From Botryllus schlosseri (lineage: Eukaryota): 64,000 nt of DNA. Numbering within the stretch: the stretch's first letter is position 1; every line of letters begins with the position of its first letter. The translations under genes were made by a program, and so were the position numbers. The DNA lies in the NCBI GenBank assembly GCA_051294905.1, contig CM119377.1, positions 10,230,001-10,294,000 of the forward strand, given 5' to 3'. Positions 1 to 11,804 of this stretch are shown in pieces. The notes below the pieces were generated by a model. That model saw only the letters and a list, made by a program, of their open reading frames with translations, ran no database searches and was not told the origin of the DNA.

Positions 1-66
1 CGTGAAATGTCATCGCAATCTAATTCCTCGAGTGCTTTGGAATCATTTATTTTCCACTTCAAGTAG

Positions 67-213
67 TACTGGCACGTCTTGGAAACAGCTAATATTACTT
101 GTACTGAAGCAAGCTATCGTCAACGACTTCTCGACTACCTCTGGCAACAATACGAAATTCCGTCTACACATGTAATGTGGGACGTGGGTCCGTGGGTGTA
201 TAATGACAGTTGA
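67..213 (+). CDS. Possible terminal coding exon of an unidentified gene entering from the left edge (YWHVLETANITCTEASYRQRLLDYLWQQYEIPSTHVMWDVGPWVYNDS*)
   Basis: Pyrimidine tract plus AAG/TAG acceptor (ttattttccacttcaagtag, ending at 66), then 48 open codons to TGA at 211-213. ATTAAA at ~402. No family recognised, and other frames and the minus strand are also partly open here. Confidence 0.25.
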   Translation, partial: YWHVLETANITCTEASYRQRLLDYLWQQYEIPSTHVMWDVGPWVYNDS

Positions 214-660
214 CCTCACGTCATATCAATCGTTCCCAGTTTGATACCAAGTCCTGTACCTGAATTGTTTTGTATAGCCGTGTGTGAATTGTGTATCGCA
301 GTTGGATGAAACTAAGCCTCTATCTTCATACACTTCAACTCTTTCTTCAAACAAGCGCTTTTGACCGCCTTGCTACCCGATATACTATAATATTCGTGGG
401 AATTAAATGATAGAATTTCCATGGTCATTCAGATCACAAGCCAATGACAATAGATCACCAAAGATTTACCCCTTCTAAACAACATTCAACTGCAAAGACT
501 CCAACCAAACATCCTCATACGTCATAACATTTTTGAAACAGTCACAAGTTTACTACCAGATAGCATGCAAAAAAACACTGACAATTTCGCCGCATTTCCT
601 ACAAAGTACAAAACCGGAAACAGACACACGGATCGCATCTTCACCGACACAAGTATGCAT

Positions 661-2277
661 TCAATCGGCACCTTCTCCCGGGGATCTCACGTCATCAATC
701 TTCAAAATCATACGCACAAGCTGTGTAGCTAGAGAGATCTGTTGCTTCTTGCCCATGAGCGTTTCAAGAACGTGCTGCTCTTTCATGTCGCAGGTGCCTT
801 TGTTCAAGCAGTCGATTCCGAGATTAGAATTTCCTTCGTTGACTTGCCTCGAACGGACTGCGGATAAGGTCTGAATCGGATTGAGGCCACTGTTTTCAGC
901 CAGAGCCAAGGGAACGGTTTCCAAGGCTTGAGCGTAAGAACGCATAGCATACTGCTCCAAAGTCGGATTTAATTCGGCCTCTTTTGAAACAGAGATAGCA
1001 CATGCAATTTCACATGCACCACCACCGTACACAACTCTGTTATCGCGGACCAAGTTACGAATAACACACAGAGCATCGTGGATAGAGCGTTTCGCCTCTT
1101 CGCATATCATTTTGTTACCTCCCCTCAAAAAGATGGTGACGGCCTTTGTGTTCTTGCATTTCTCGATAACAAGCATTCTATCTTTCGTCGTTCCAAAAGA
1201 GATTTCACGGACAATACCGGCGTAACCTAATTTTTCCGGTGTCAACTCCGAAAACCTTGGAACGATTCGGCCACCTGTTGCGATAGCGATAAGTTCGATT
1301 TCCGGTCCACCGACCCATCGTACCGCAGGTAACTCGTTTTGAAGAAGCAGGTGATTAGCTTCATCGTCAAATCCCCATTGGCAAATTGCTATGCTCGCGC
1401 CGGTGTCTTTCACTTGCTTTACCATTTCTGCAAACTTTTCTTTTTCGTAAGTCTGCAACTTTTTATAATCTTCAACTGATGTAACGTCGAGCTTATGCTT
1501 GGTTTTAGGCTTTGGCGGTTCAAAGGGACATGTCAAGATTGCGAGTTTCGCATCTTTGATCACTTTCGGCATTTGAGGATGGCTCATATCTTTATCGACA
1601 AGGACGCCCCTGATTAGCTGACTGTCCTCTAATTTACCACCGTTCTTCGATTCAACTTTGATTAATTCAAAGTCCACGTCTTTACGGTCGAAGTCCGCGA
1701 CAGCCATAACTGCATCGACTGCGATTTTTGCGAATTGCCTGTGACATTTATTGACGATTTTTGATCCAAGAGTCGTCATGGCTACTTCAACCAAATTTTC
1801 ACAGTCCTTGGGATCGACTTGGAAAACATCTGCAATTTCATCAAGTTTTTTCAAAGCAACATGCATGGCAGCTTCATAGCCATCAGCAACTCGTATAGGG
1901 TGGATTCCACGGTCGAGAAGTTGCTCCGCTTGTTCTAACAGAGCACCGGCCAACACCACAACGCCAGTGGTACCATCTCCAATCTCATCATCTTGAGATT
2001 TCGATAACTCCACCATCAACTTGGCAATCTGATGATTGACGTCCATCTTGTCGAGAATGGTAGCACCATCGTTAGTGACAGTAACATCTCCGTCAGGAGA
2101 TACCATCATTTTGTCCAACCCATTTGGGCCGAGAGACGTGCGAACGGTATTGGCGACTGTTTTGGCAGCTAAAATATGCGACTTCACTGCGTCGAGTCCT
2201 GTTAATCTGGACTTCCTTTCTTGATCTCGTACAATAATAAACGGCCTACCGTATTCGTCGAATGCCATAGACGCCAT
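661..2277 (-). CDS. CCT5: T-complex protein 1 subunit epsilon (CCT/TRiC chaperonin), single exon, 538 aa
   Basis: Uninterrupted ORF with perfect Kozak context (CCACCATGG). N-terminus [23 protein letters not shown] and [12 protein letters not shown]-binding motifs, and the CCT5-type [17 protein letters not shown] segment. Confidence 0.98.
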   Translation of the reverse strand: MASMAFDEYGRPFIIVRDQERKSRLTGLDAVKSHILAAKTVANTVRTSLGPNGLDKMMVSPDGDVTVTNDGATILDKMDVNHQIAKLMVELSKSQDDEIGDGTTGVVVLAGALLEQAEQLLDRGIHPIRVADGYEAAMHVALKKLDEIADVFQVDPKDCENLVEVAMTTLGSKIVNKCHRQFAKIAVDAVMAVADFDRKDVDFELIKVESKNGGKLEDSQLIRGVLVDKDMSHPQMPKVIKDAKLAILTCPFEPPKPKTKHKLDVTSVEDYKKLQTYEKEKFAEMVKQVKDTGASIAICQWGFDDEANHLLLQNELPAVRWVGGPEIELIAIATGGRIVPRFSELTPEKLGYAGIVREISFGTTKDRMLVIEKCKNTKAVTIFLRGGNKMICEEAKRSIHDALCVIRNLVRDNRVVYGGGACEIACAISVSKEAELNPTLEQYAMRSYAQALETVPLALAENSGLNPIQTLSAVRSRQVNEGNSNLGIDCLNKGTCDMKEQHVLETLMGKKQQISLATQLVRMILKIDDVRSPGEGAD

Positions 2278-2403
2278 GGTGGAGTGGTGGGTGCAATAAT
2301 CGAATCCAACAAGATATTTCGAAGCTCATCAACCGCTCCTTCCAGAATCGTCCACACGAATCGCACGCCTCTGCTACGGTTGGAAATCACTAGCCGGAAC
2401 GTA

Positions 2404-2411
2404 TGACGTCA
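2404..2411. promoter_or_regulatory. Consensus CRE palindrome (TGACGTCA) about 130 nt upstream of the CCT5 ATG
   Basis: Exact 8-mer in a promoter-proximal position. It also occurs elsewhere in the window, so function is unproven. Confidence 0.3.
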
Positions 2412-2599
2412 CTTACAGATTTATCCACCTATGTAAATTTTGATTTTGTCTATCTCAGTTTTTTAAATTGTTATTTTAAAGTATGGTGCGAACCAAAACA
2501 ATTTACTACGCCAATAGAACATACGGTGAGGATGCTAGTTCAACTGAATTCTACTTGAGTGATCTGGGTCAGAATCTTTGCTGGATTCATGCATTCATT

Positions 2600-3640
2600 C
2601 ATCATCATCATCATCATCATTGGTTTATTAGCAATTTTATCAGTTCAATACACCACAAAAATGCGATACAATGAAAAGACAGGAAGATGTCGAAGCGACA
2701 AGGAGTAGTCTATGGAATCTGACACCCACCTTGGCCTAGGCGATGTAAAGAGGAGGCATGCACACTGAATGAAAGTAAAGAAGATAGTATAGAAGAAGAA
2801 TGCGACAAGAAATAGGGCGGCATGTCATGGGAAGCGAGATCGATAGGTCAGTCGTGGTCCGGTAATCTTGAGGATGGACTGTACTTATTTAGTAGTAATT
2901 GCTTGTATTTCGACTTGAATGTGGACATGCTCGTCGACTGTCGGATGGCCGGCGGGATACTGTTCCACACATCAGGTCCGGCATATTTGATGGAGCGATG
3001 ATCTTTTCGGTCGATCATATGATATTTGGACGACGTGGACGCGCGTGTGTTGTACTTGTGCGCTTTTGATTCAGAGGTAAAGAAGTCATTGAAATATTCG
3101 GGGCAACGACCGCAGTGAAACTGATACATAAACTTGGCGATTTCTAGTTTCCGCATATCTTCTATGTTTAGGACGCCGAATCTCTTCAGCAGTGACTTAT
3201 TGGATGGGTAGCCAGGCCCCTTTGGGGCCCTAGCTATGATTCGGAGCACTTTATGCTGTAGTTTCTGCTGTGGCTTGAGTGCAGTGTTTACTGGCAGCCC
3301 CCCAACAGAGGATGCCATAATGTAACTTCGATTGAATTAAGGATTTAAAGAGTATCAGAAGAACCCATGCTGGCATGAAGCGCCCAAGGCTGTAGAACAG
3401 GCCGCACTTCGGTGATAATTTAGTTTTTAGGGACTGAATATGACTCTTCCAGGACATGTTCGAGTCCAGTAAAACTCCGAGATATTTGGCATTATCTGTG
3501 TTGGAAACGGGCTGACCAGCGATATTAACGGTTAGGTTATTTTTTGAATTAACTGTCAGCAATTGCGATTTCGAGGCGTTTATGCAAAGGTTGTTCTGGG
3601 CCGTCCACTCATGGACTTTGGGCATTTGGCCACCAGTCAT
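2600..3640 (-). mobile_element. 5'-truncated CR1-group (L2/Crack/Daphne-like) LINE, copy 1, frameshifted
   Basis: RT C-terminal region (KYLGVLLD...WKSHI...SKLHYGILCWG) split between ORFs 3251-3646 and 2848-3318 by a 1-nt insertion near 3287 relative to copy 2. 3' end is AATAAA followed by a (TGA)n microsatellite tail at 2600-2620. Confidence 0.9.
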
Positions 3641-3995
3641 TGACACGGATTGACAATAAAAGAGGGCGGAAATTCTATATTTTCGTCAAGGCTATAGTCC
3701 TGCGTTTGTAAGCCAAAATAGATCACATAGTGTTATTTTGTGATGATATACAAAAGAAAAATAACAGTCATCCTCTTGGTTACCAATCTACTGAAAACAC
3801 ATAGTGTACAACGTTGTAAATTGCTATGGTACAACATATGGCTGATTGTGGCGGGTTGAGGGGTGTTAGATTCCTTCAGGCTGGGTTCGACTGGAGTTTG
3901 CTTATGGAGAGGAGAATATAGTCGTCAGAATATATTTTTATCTGAACAAGACACACACAATGTACAATGCAATAAGATAAGTTGCGGTTACAGTT

Positions 3996-4840
3996 ATCAT
4001 CATCATCATTGGTTTATTAGCAATTTTATCAGTTCAATACACCACAAAAAATGCGATACAATGAATAGACAGGAAGATGTCGAAGCGACTTGGATTTGTC
4101 AATGGAATCGGACACCCACCTTGGCCGAGGCGTAGTAAAGAGGAGGCATGCACACTGAATGAAAGTAAAGAATACAGTATAGAAAAAGAAAGCGACAAGA
4201 AATAGGGCGGCATGTCATGGGAAGCGAGATCGATAGGTCAGTCGTGGTCCGGTAATCTCGAGGATGGGCTGTATTTATTTAGTAGTAATTGCTTGTATTT
4301 CGACTTGGATGTGGACATGCTCGTCGACTGTCGGATGGCCGGCGGGATACTGTCCCACACATCAGGTCCGGCATATTTGATGGAGCGATGATCTTTTCGG
4401 TCGATCATATGATATTTGGACGACGTGGACGCGCGTGTGTTGTACTTGTGCGCTTTTGATTCAGAGGTAAAGAAGTCATTGAAATATTCGGGGCAACGAC
4501 CGCAGTGAAACTGATACATAAACTTGGCGATTTCTAGTTTCCGCATATCTTCTATGTTTAGGACGCCGAATCTCTTCAGCAGCGACTTATTGGATGGGCA
4601 GCCAGGCCCCTTTGGGGCCCTAGCTATGATTCGGAGCACTTTATGCTGTAGTTTCTGCAGTGGCTTGAGTGCAGTTTTACTGGCAGCCCCCCAACAGAGG
4701 ATGCCATAATGTAACTTCGATTGGATTAAGGATTTAAAGAGTATCAGGAGAACCCATGCTGGCATGAAGCGCCCAAGGCTGTAGAACAGGCCGCACTTCG
4801 GTGATAATTTAGTTTCTAGGGACTGAATATGACTCTTCCA
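3996..4840 (-). mobile_element. 5'-truncated CR1-group LINE, copy 2 (near-identical to copy 1, frame intact)
   Basis: Aligns almost base-for-base with 2605-3450 and has the same AATAAA-(TGA)n tail. Homology stops at gactcttcca (4840). Confidence 0.9.
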
Positions 4841-4865
4841 CTTTCTTATAGTACCCGGAATAACC

Positions 4866-4935
4866 ACAGTCGCGGAATCGAACCCGGGAATCCCGGGCGG
4901 CAGGCATATCGTCAACACTATGCTATCACCCCTGC
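4866..4935 (-). mobile_element. tRNA-Gly(GCC)-derived Pol III head (SINE-like), degenerate
   Basis: A-box-like TAGCATAGTG (4925-4916) and B-box GGTTCGATTCC (4884-4874). GCCTGCCGCCCGGGA..CCCGGGTTCGATTCC resembles the tRNA-Gly(GCC) anticodon and T arms. Acceptor and D stems do not pair well. Confidence 0.6.
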
Positions 4936-5259
4936 TATGTTAGAATTAGCCAGCCCAATCTCCAATGCGATATGTTAATTTAGCTCTTATTCTGAACGTA
5001 TGTGGTGAAATCTGATTGCGAGGAAATCCACAGTTGGCGCTTGGTTCGCCGTTTAGTATCTGGCAGATACTATCTGCCGGTTTGGGTGTATTACCATGGG
5101 ACTCCCCCGTAAAGGAGAAAGATCTGAAACAAAAAGCGAAGCAAAAGATTTGATTCGAAGTGAACGGGAAGTTCAAGACTAATACAAAGCCAACAGAAAG
5201 ACTTGATTCAATATAGCTATTACCGCGAGCACGCGACCAATAATAGGAACCTGACGAAG

Positions 5260-8200
5260 ATGAGCTCTAGAGAACTGGGCCAAGGAGACGGAATGCAAAG
5301 ACGTAGAAGCGCAAGCGCTGAAAACTATGACGATATAGTACAAGAGTATGAAGGTGAAGATGGAGATGAAGACGTTCCCGGGGCCGTGGGTGGCGGAGAC
5401 ATTGTGGACTACGGAGCCAGTGCCGGTAAGTACTTATTGAGGACGAGTTATCTGCACGTGCAGGCTATATACAATTACCCTAACAAACTCTATCTTTATG
5501 CCCGACTGGAACTGCTGGCCGTTTTGCCTGATATATCAGGCGAGCATTCGTGATTCTCCAAGTTAAAGTAATTTAATAAAAAATAATTAATAAATAAAAC
5601 ATAGTGTGAGCACAGGACACCGATTCCATACAGGTCTCTATGCAATCTTCGATCAAGCTTTGTTAAACTTTGCACTCTGGTCCACAGCTATAAGGTTACT
5701 GAAGAACATAGTGTACGACTATACAGACCAGGGTTCTGCAACTAGTGGTGGGATTCGGCGGGTTCTATAGAAATTTCTCATGAAATATTATGAGATCATC
5801 AAGCCGCAGGATTTATTTCAAAAAATAAACCGAGATTCCATACGGGATTAACGGAACGGTTACTGTCCGTTTATGTAACAAAACCAGCTGAAAAATATGA
5901 ATTTTGTGATAGCTAACCGACTGACCAAAATTTCCAAACCCACCACTACTGAAAACTTATAGGCTACATGAATTTATCCATTCTTATCTTAATTTCATCG
6001 ATTTTCTTATTGTTTTATTGAGCTTGGTCGTTTTGATATCCTTGTATATGTGTTCAGTTGCATCATGTATGACATTGCACATTCGTGTCTTGAGAAATTG
6101 AGCGAATGAAATAACAGAGCTGCTGAATATGATTATGGCCAGTGGTGTATCCAAGGGGGGATTTTAAGGGTCGGACCCCCCCCCCTTTTCAAGATCTTCT
6201 AATATTTGCTAATTTATCAGTTCAATATAGTCGTTTTCTGTATGATAGCGAAAATATGGCGCTTCAATGTATATTGGGGGTCGAAAACCCATACAAAATA
6301 TTGGCATTATGCGCTGAATTAGTCTAAAGAATAAAAAATGTCATAATATTTCGTACGCATTCTGTGCTTGTTCAGCTACGTTTCATCTAGGTGGCAGTTG
6401 CTGACTTTCTCAACTTTCTTCCCTCGATTTCTCTCCCGCCCTGCGAAAACGAGAGACGCATTTCATGAAAATCTAATCTAATTGGTCGACGCGATATGTA
6501 CCGGTAGTTGCAAAGCCCAAGCTGTCGGAAATCAACATCACCCGCAAATTCGCGAATGCTGTTCTCAAATCCACATTGTTCTGGCGATTATCGGCGAGAA
6601 ATGGCCTACAATTGACATTCACATTTCAAAATACAAGCCTAGCGATCCACATTTGCGATTGTTAGGCGGCTCGCTCATTTTGCTGTGGTTGAATTACAGG
6701 CCTATGTCGCCGCTGAACGGGAGAATCGAGTAGACCTAGTAGTAAAGTTAACCTATTGATATCAGCTGACAAGTTTCTCTGTCGCTCAAGTCATTATCCC
6801 AGTGTGTACTCTGTAGTAGTTGACTAACTTGCGTGCTAGCAATTAAGGTCTGATTATCTTCGCGCGTACCGTACGACACGCTCAGCCGTACGGAAAGCAC
6901 ACATTTGTGTACATCTCTGGCGACCACGATCACCCGATTTTATGCCATTGTTAATTACATCTCCGATGTGTTAATGTATACTGTGTAGCAAGAAAACAAA
7001 CCATGAGTAATAGTTGTAACACACACTACAAAGTCTATGTGACGTCATAACGACAAAATATGCTACTCAAGGTGAACCCCCCCCCCTTTGATCTCGGCTG
7101 GATACGCCACTGATTATGATATGTCATCTCGACTCCGACTAGAAAATAAAAGATTCAAGCTCAACACCGGACACATCACTTTTATTATCTCACAGGAGGG
7201 AGGCGTGCTTTCACAGACGATGAATGGCGGATCATATCGCAAACGCAAGTCCTATTAAGCAGGTATGTTCTTCAGCAAACGGTCGAGTCGCTACTGTATT
7301 CTGAAACGTATTCATGTTCTAGATTTGTGATCGATTCCGCTCAAAGAGACGGATTGCAACGCGATAGGTATGAAGTATTATGTCAAGTTTTGAAAGAAGA
7401 GTCTCGGGTAGGAGGTGCTAAAAAGAAAAATAACTTCCAACAGTTATCTATCGTGTGATATTTCAGGGTTGCCAGATGGAGCGGGATGACGACATACTCG
7501 CGAAAGCTGTCTTAACGATGGGCGACGACCTTAATTTCGCGTTCTCCAGAAACAGAAAGATTGATGAGTCGGTTTCCTTTTCTTTTGCAACTGCTATCAT
7601 GCCTAGTAAAGAATAGTCACAAAATTCACTTGTTAATCTAACATGATTTTTTAAAAGTTTATTTTGGCACTGCTATATGCCTAATTGTTTGTAAACGGAT
7701 CATTTGATCGCTGATACCAGAGGTCGATAATAATGAAGTGCTTCTACTTTTTTTTTGTAGTGCTCATAGTAAGTTTTTTTCGCTTGCACCTATTTACTGA
7801 TGGGTCATGTTTGTTTTATGTTACTTCCAATTCTACGTCAGCATTTCTTGAAGCCAAACTATTTACTTTTAAAATTCTAGATTTGGTTAAGTGGAGAGTG
7901 GAGTTTGGACGTCACATTTGTGGGTTGCCTTTATTTTGTACTAGGAAACTTATGAAATAAGGAAACTAATGAAACTTTATTTTGTGCAAGGAAACTTATG
8001 AAACAGGGAAACTAATGAAACAAAGAAACTTATGAAACAGGAAGGAATTTGAATAAGAATTGAATTTTATTGCGAGTCCATTATCTGGATATTCGATTCC
8101 AAATAGATATTTTTTAATCTTGTTTGCAATAGTCCCAATCCATATTTACATAGACCAGTGGTTGTCAAAATTTTCAACCTTGCGGCACCCACTGTAGATG

Positions 8201-11200
8201 GAAAATAGTCCGTAGCACAGTGGTTCTCAACCTTTTTTGGTTAACGGCACCCTGCAAACAACCGGAAAATTTGATAGCACTGATAGACATACAGAGGTGA
8301 TCTCTGACGAAGCTCTTCTACCTATTCGGTACACGCGAGTAGTCTTTGCCTTCTTGCACTACGTAACCATGCCAGCACGCCTAACAAGAGAATGGGGACG
8401 GTTTTGATGGCGATATGGATTTCTAAGCGTGAACATCGACGACACTTCATTCCTTGATGGTAGTTAGGAAGGCAATGAGGATTTGTAAACTGCATTGTTT
8501 CCCAGGCGCCACCCTGTCTGCGATCGATCAACGCATCGTACAAAACAGGATTAACCCTTCTCGGCACGCGATACATCTAAAAAATTCTGGTTATCCAACT
8601 TTACGCTGACAATGCCCATGGTTTTCACTTGGCATTCGAAATAAATTCAAGCAAGCTAAAGGAAAATCAGCAGTCCAGTGTAATTCACGGTTTCAAATTT
8701 TCTTTTCAATCAGGTTTATAATATAAGATAAAGAGTGTGTATGCGATACTGAACTCTCCCCATTGCGCTATGAGATAGGATAAGTCACATTGGTGTGCGC
8801 GATTGCATGCATTAATATCAAACCTCCACACAGCACATATATGCAATGACAAGGTACCGTACTACATATCTGGATGGTTTCAACCAAAATTAATTGGTTA
8901 TTTACTGACTTGTATTCATTATATCATTGCTATTGTTGATATGAAATGTTATTTTCAATTCTCTAATAGTTGCTGACGATTACCCCTGGCGTGTGTCAGC
9001 TGAAAATATTTGGGTTTATTTCAATATGATTGTATCGTATTATTTAATTGTATATTGAACGTCTGTTCCTCCAAGAGTCTCTTTATCTTTATTAGTTCTC
9101 CTGTTTCATAAGTTTCCTTATTTCATAAGTTTCCATTCATAAACTGCACCTACTTGCGGTGCCATTAGTCTTTCTATGTTGGTCGCCAAGCTACATCTTT
9201 AAAGTATACAAGGTGCCGCCACACCAGCGATTGACTAAAAAAAGCATTTGATCGGACATGCCAATCGCTTCAAACTACTTGCGATTAATTTCTAAGTAAT
9301 GTTAGTTTTATTCTGATACTGTGGTTTTGGCAAGTCTTGAAATTCCCAACTTTTGTTTAAATGGAAATGTACTTGCTTCTGCTTGAGTATACATCATCAA
9401 TGACAACTTTGATCTCACGCATCATTCCTTGTATCCACGGCCTTGCATTAAAATGCGTAGTTTTCACAGGTAAATTCCATAAAAGCGGAAATTTCACTTA
9501 GGAAATGTTTACTTGGGGATTGTCATTGGCAAACAGTAGAATATATATTGACTCATTTAAAGTGGCGATTTAAAATCCACTGGAAATCTGATCAATTTCT
9601 CTTGCTGTATAATTTTGCAATGTAATTCGTGTTTAATTAAACCTGCTCTTTTCACAGTTTCATAGATCGAGTCCCTACCGAATCCGCAGAGTCAGTCTTC
9701 AAGAAAGTGTGCACGGAAATGTTCAAAGATGATAAAATCAATTGGGGAAGGATAGCAGTTTTATTTTACCTTGCGTATCGCATGATGGTGAAGGTACGTT
9801 CCATTGGGATAATGATAGATGCTCCTTTCTGTAGGTTAATCGCAGTGGTCGGGAACCTATGGATAGTGAGCCATATATGGATCTTTTGGGTATAAGATAT
9901 GACTCTTCGCCAAATAGCTATTTTTGTACTGAATTGATCAATATTGCAGCAACTTGTTAGTAAATTTTCATCACGGCCAGAATAATTATTTTTATGGCAG
10001 TAAAGACAATGTCGTCTTCAGGTTTAGGGGCTCGGGTCCCCTCTTCAAAATCCTCAAATTTAAGTTACTGTCGCGACAGCGACGAATATCGCTCGCGAAT
10101 TCGATGTACCTGACTCGAAATCTTGGATTGCACAATACTTTGATTGATTAAAGAGAATAGATGACAGATGAGGTACTGCCTCACTTGCCTCCTCTACCCG
10201 AACCTACGTTCTCATAACTCAAGTTTCGCATGCTTAAATAAGGCAACCAGCATAATAAGTACGAGTTTTTACAGAGAAAATGTGGCACACACAACGAATC
10301 CCAGGTAGTGACTTCGAATTAATGCTGCCACGATGTCACGAATTTTAAATTGTGACGTAACGTTAATGGATATGTATGGCTCTTTGGGAGTTAAAATGAG
10401 AAAATAGGGTCAATATGGCTCTTCGGACAAAAAAGGTTGCTGATCCCTTCTTTTTCGTTTATGTCAAATTTTTATGTTCCGAGTGGCTGTCATTATTTTA
10501 TTCCTGCTTTGTCATCTGCAAAATAGATAGTCTTGGCTTACAATTTAGTGGGGGAGATATATAATGTTCTGAGTATAATGGCTACTAACCATACGGTAAT
10601 TTTGCAATACAGAGTTAGTTCTAATGATGGACGACTTCTGGTATGAGGGAATCTGTATGTGATTTTGTGTTACAGTCTTTTTCAACGGGTGATTGGGTCG
10701 GCTGGATAAAGAAGATATTGAGGATAGCGTTGGATTTTTTCTGCAAGTTTTACGTCCACTGGGTTGTTAAGCAGGGAGGATGGGTGCGTATGTGGGAGAT
10801 CTTGACTTCTTAGTTCCTTCTAGTAGATATATTGATGTCCTAATAGCTTATATAAAAATAGTACCTGCTAGCAAAATCTTATTACTCTAACTAGGCTTTC
10901 AAGCAGTTGATCATCTACTTGACCACTCTAGACTGACTCGTATCACATGGAGTTCTATTCTCGTGCCCAGTAGGCAATATAGGTCTTGCAACTCGGGATT
11001 CACAACACAAATGTACGATTTGAAATTGATTATGGGTTCATTAATACCATCTGTGTACCAGAGGTGGTCACTGGTCTGTAACACAGTCGGCAACTTATAA
11101 TTTTTCGGAATACCCAAGCAGGTTTCGTATAACTGCTAAATTGGTTATAATTTTGGACTCTCTTTAGGCGAAACTAGACCGAGAATACCTATTTTTGCTT

Positions 11201-11804
11201 GCTTGGAAATTGCTGCTTCCACCTATTTACCGGTGAAGACTATTTTCATCACCTCTGCTCTGTACCAACTCGTAGTGACCATACGTCCTCTTTTTCAATA
11301 AATTGAAAATGTCCTCCTTTTCTAGAATAAGTATTAAAAACTCGACATCTACGCAGCGAACGTCAGAGTTTCATCAAACAATTGAGAAAAACGGAGACTG
11401 AGTCACTTTTTTTTACTCAACACAGATAGGCTACTTCTTAAAATTAACCATTTTCTTTTCCGGTATTACAGCTTTCGGAGTTTTTAAAAAGTGTCCTCTA
11501 TTTCGTATCTCGAAATATGATAACACTAATTCAGTATTACAAACCACTTATCGATGTTGTGCCGCTAATTTGAGTGTAGCCCAGTAATGTGCCACTCTTT
11601 TGACAACTGGGACAGATAGAAGAGGTGGAAGTACGCAAGTTGTCAACGGAATCTACTAATTGAAACTTTCGGTTCTGAAAACCCTAATCATTTTTTTTTC
11701 AGAGAACAATATTGGAGTACGTGCACTCTTCTACAAAGGCCGCTGTCATTCTCACTGCGATCGGGCTTGTTTCTTTTGCCTACTACTTTTTTTCGTCAGA
11801 CTGA
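5260..11804 (+). CDS. BAX: BAX-like pro-apoptotic Bcl-2 family protein, 7 coding exons, about 254 aa
   Basis: Exons 5260-5425, 7196-7262, 7323-7407, 7467-7567, 9658-9793, 10676-10783, 11703-11804; all GT-AG, frame-consistent (765 nt). BH3 LAKAVLTMGDDLN, BH1 EMFKDDKINWGRIAVLFY, BH2 WVVKQGGW, C-terminal TM AAVILTAIGLVSFAYYFF. Confidence 0.9.
6140..7112. mobile_element. Non-autonomous DNA transposon (hAT-like) in BAX intron 1
   Basis: TIRs CAGTGGTGTATCCA / TGGATACGCCACTG. Flanks attatggc / attatgat (6/8 match, decayed 8-bp TSD). Confidence 0.65.
7944..9134. repeat. Inverted pair of GGAAACTTATGAAA tandem blocks (old TIR-element remnant) in BAX intron 4
   Basis: ggaaacttatgaaataaggaaactaatgaaac at ~7944-8040 is the reverse complement of gtttcataagtttccttatttcataagtttcc at ~9103-9134. 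Other small TIR fragments lie between them. Confidence 0.5.
8970..9075 (+). repeat. Dispersed short repeat family (gctgacga...gtcagctgaaaata...gtacctccaagaagctg)
   Basis: Related segments at ~12150-12210, ~17505-17560 and ~52670-52772. Class undetermined. Confidence 0.5.

Noticed and set aside
533-874. Plus-strand 113-aa ORF and similar antisense ORFs (2036-2406, 55553-55973, 57341-57857)
   Set aside because: Shadow frames of real coding sequence on the opposite strand.
661-2277. CCT5 (and C1QBP, IGBP1, TM2D2) as processed pseudogenes
   Set aside because: ORFs are full-length with conserved motifs and good start contexts. No poly(A) tails or TSDs are visible, and they sit in promoter-like head-to-head arrangements. 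Expression data are needed to exclude this formally.
4866-4935. Functional tRNA-Gly gene
   Set aside because: Acceptor and D stems do not pair convincingly. Kept as a SINE-like head. The GGGTTCGAATCCC at ~45402 lies in a transposon terminus and lacks an A box.
8970-9010. Hammerhead ribozyme in the CTGACGA...GAAA repeat family (also 17509, 52680)
   Set aside because: No stem II can form between CTGACGA and GAAA; the only pairing is GCTGAC/GTCAGC, which sequesters the core.
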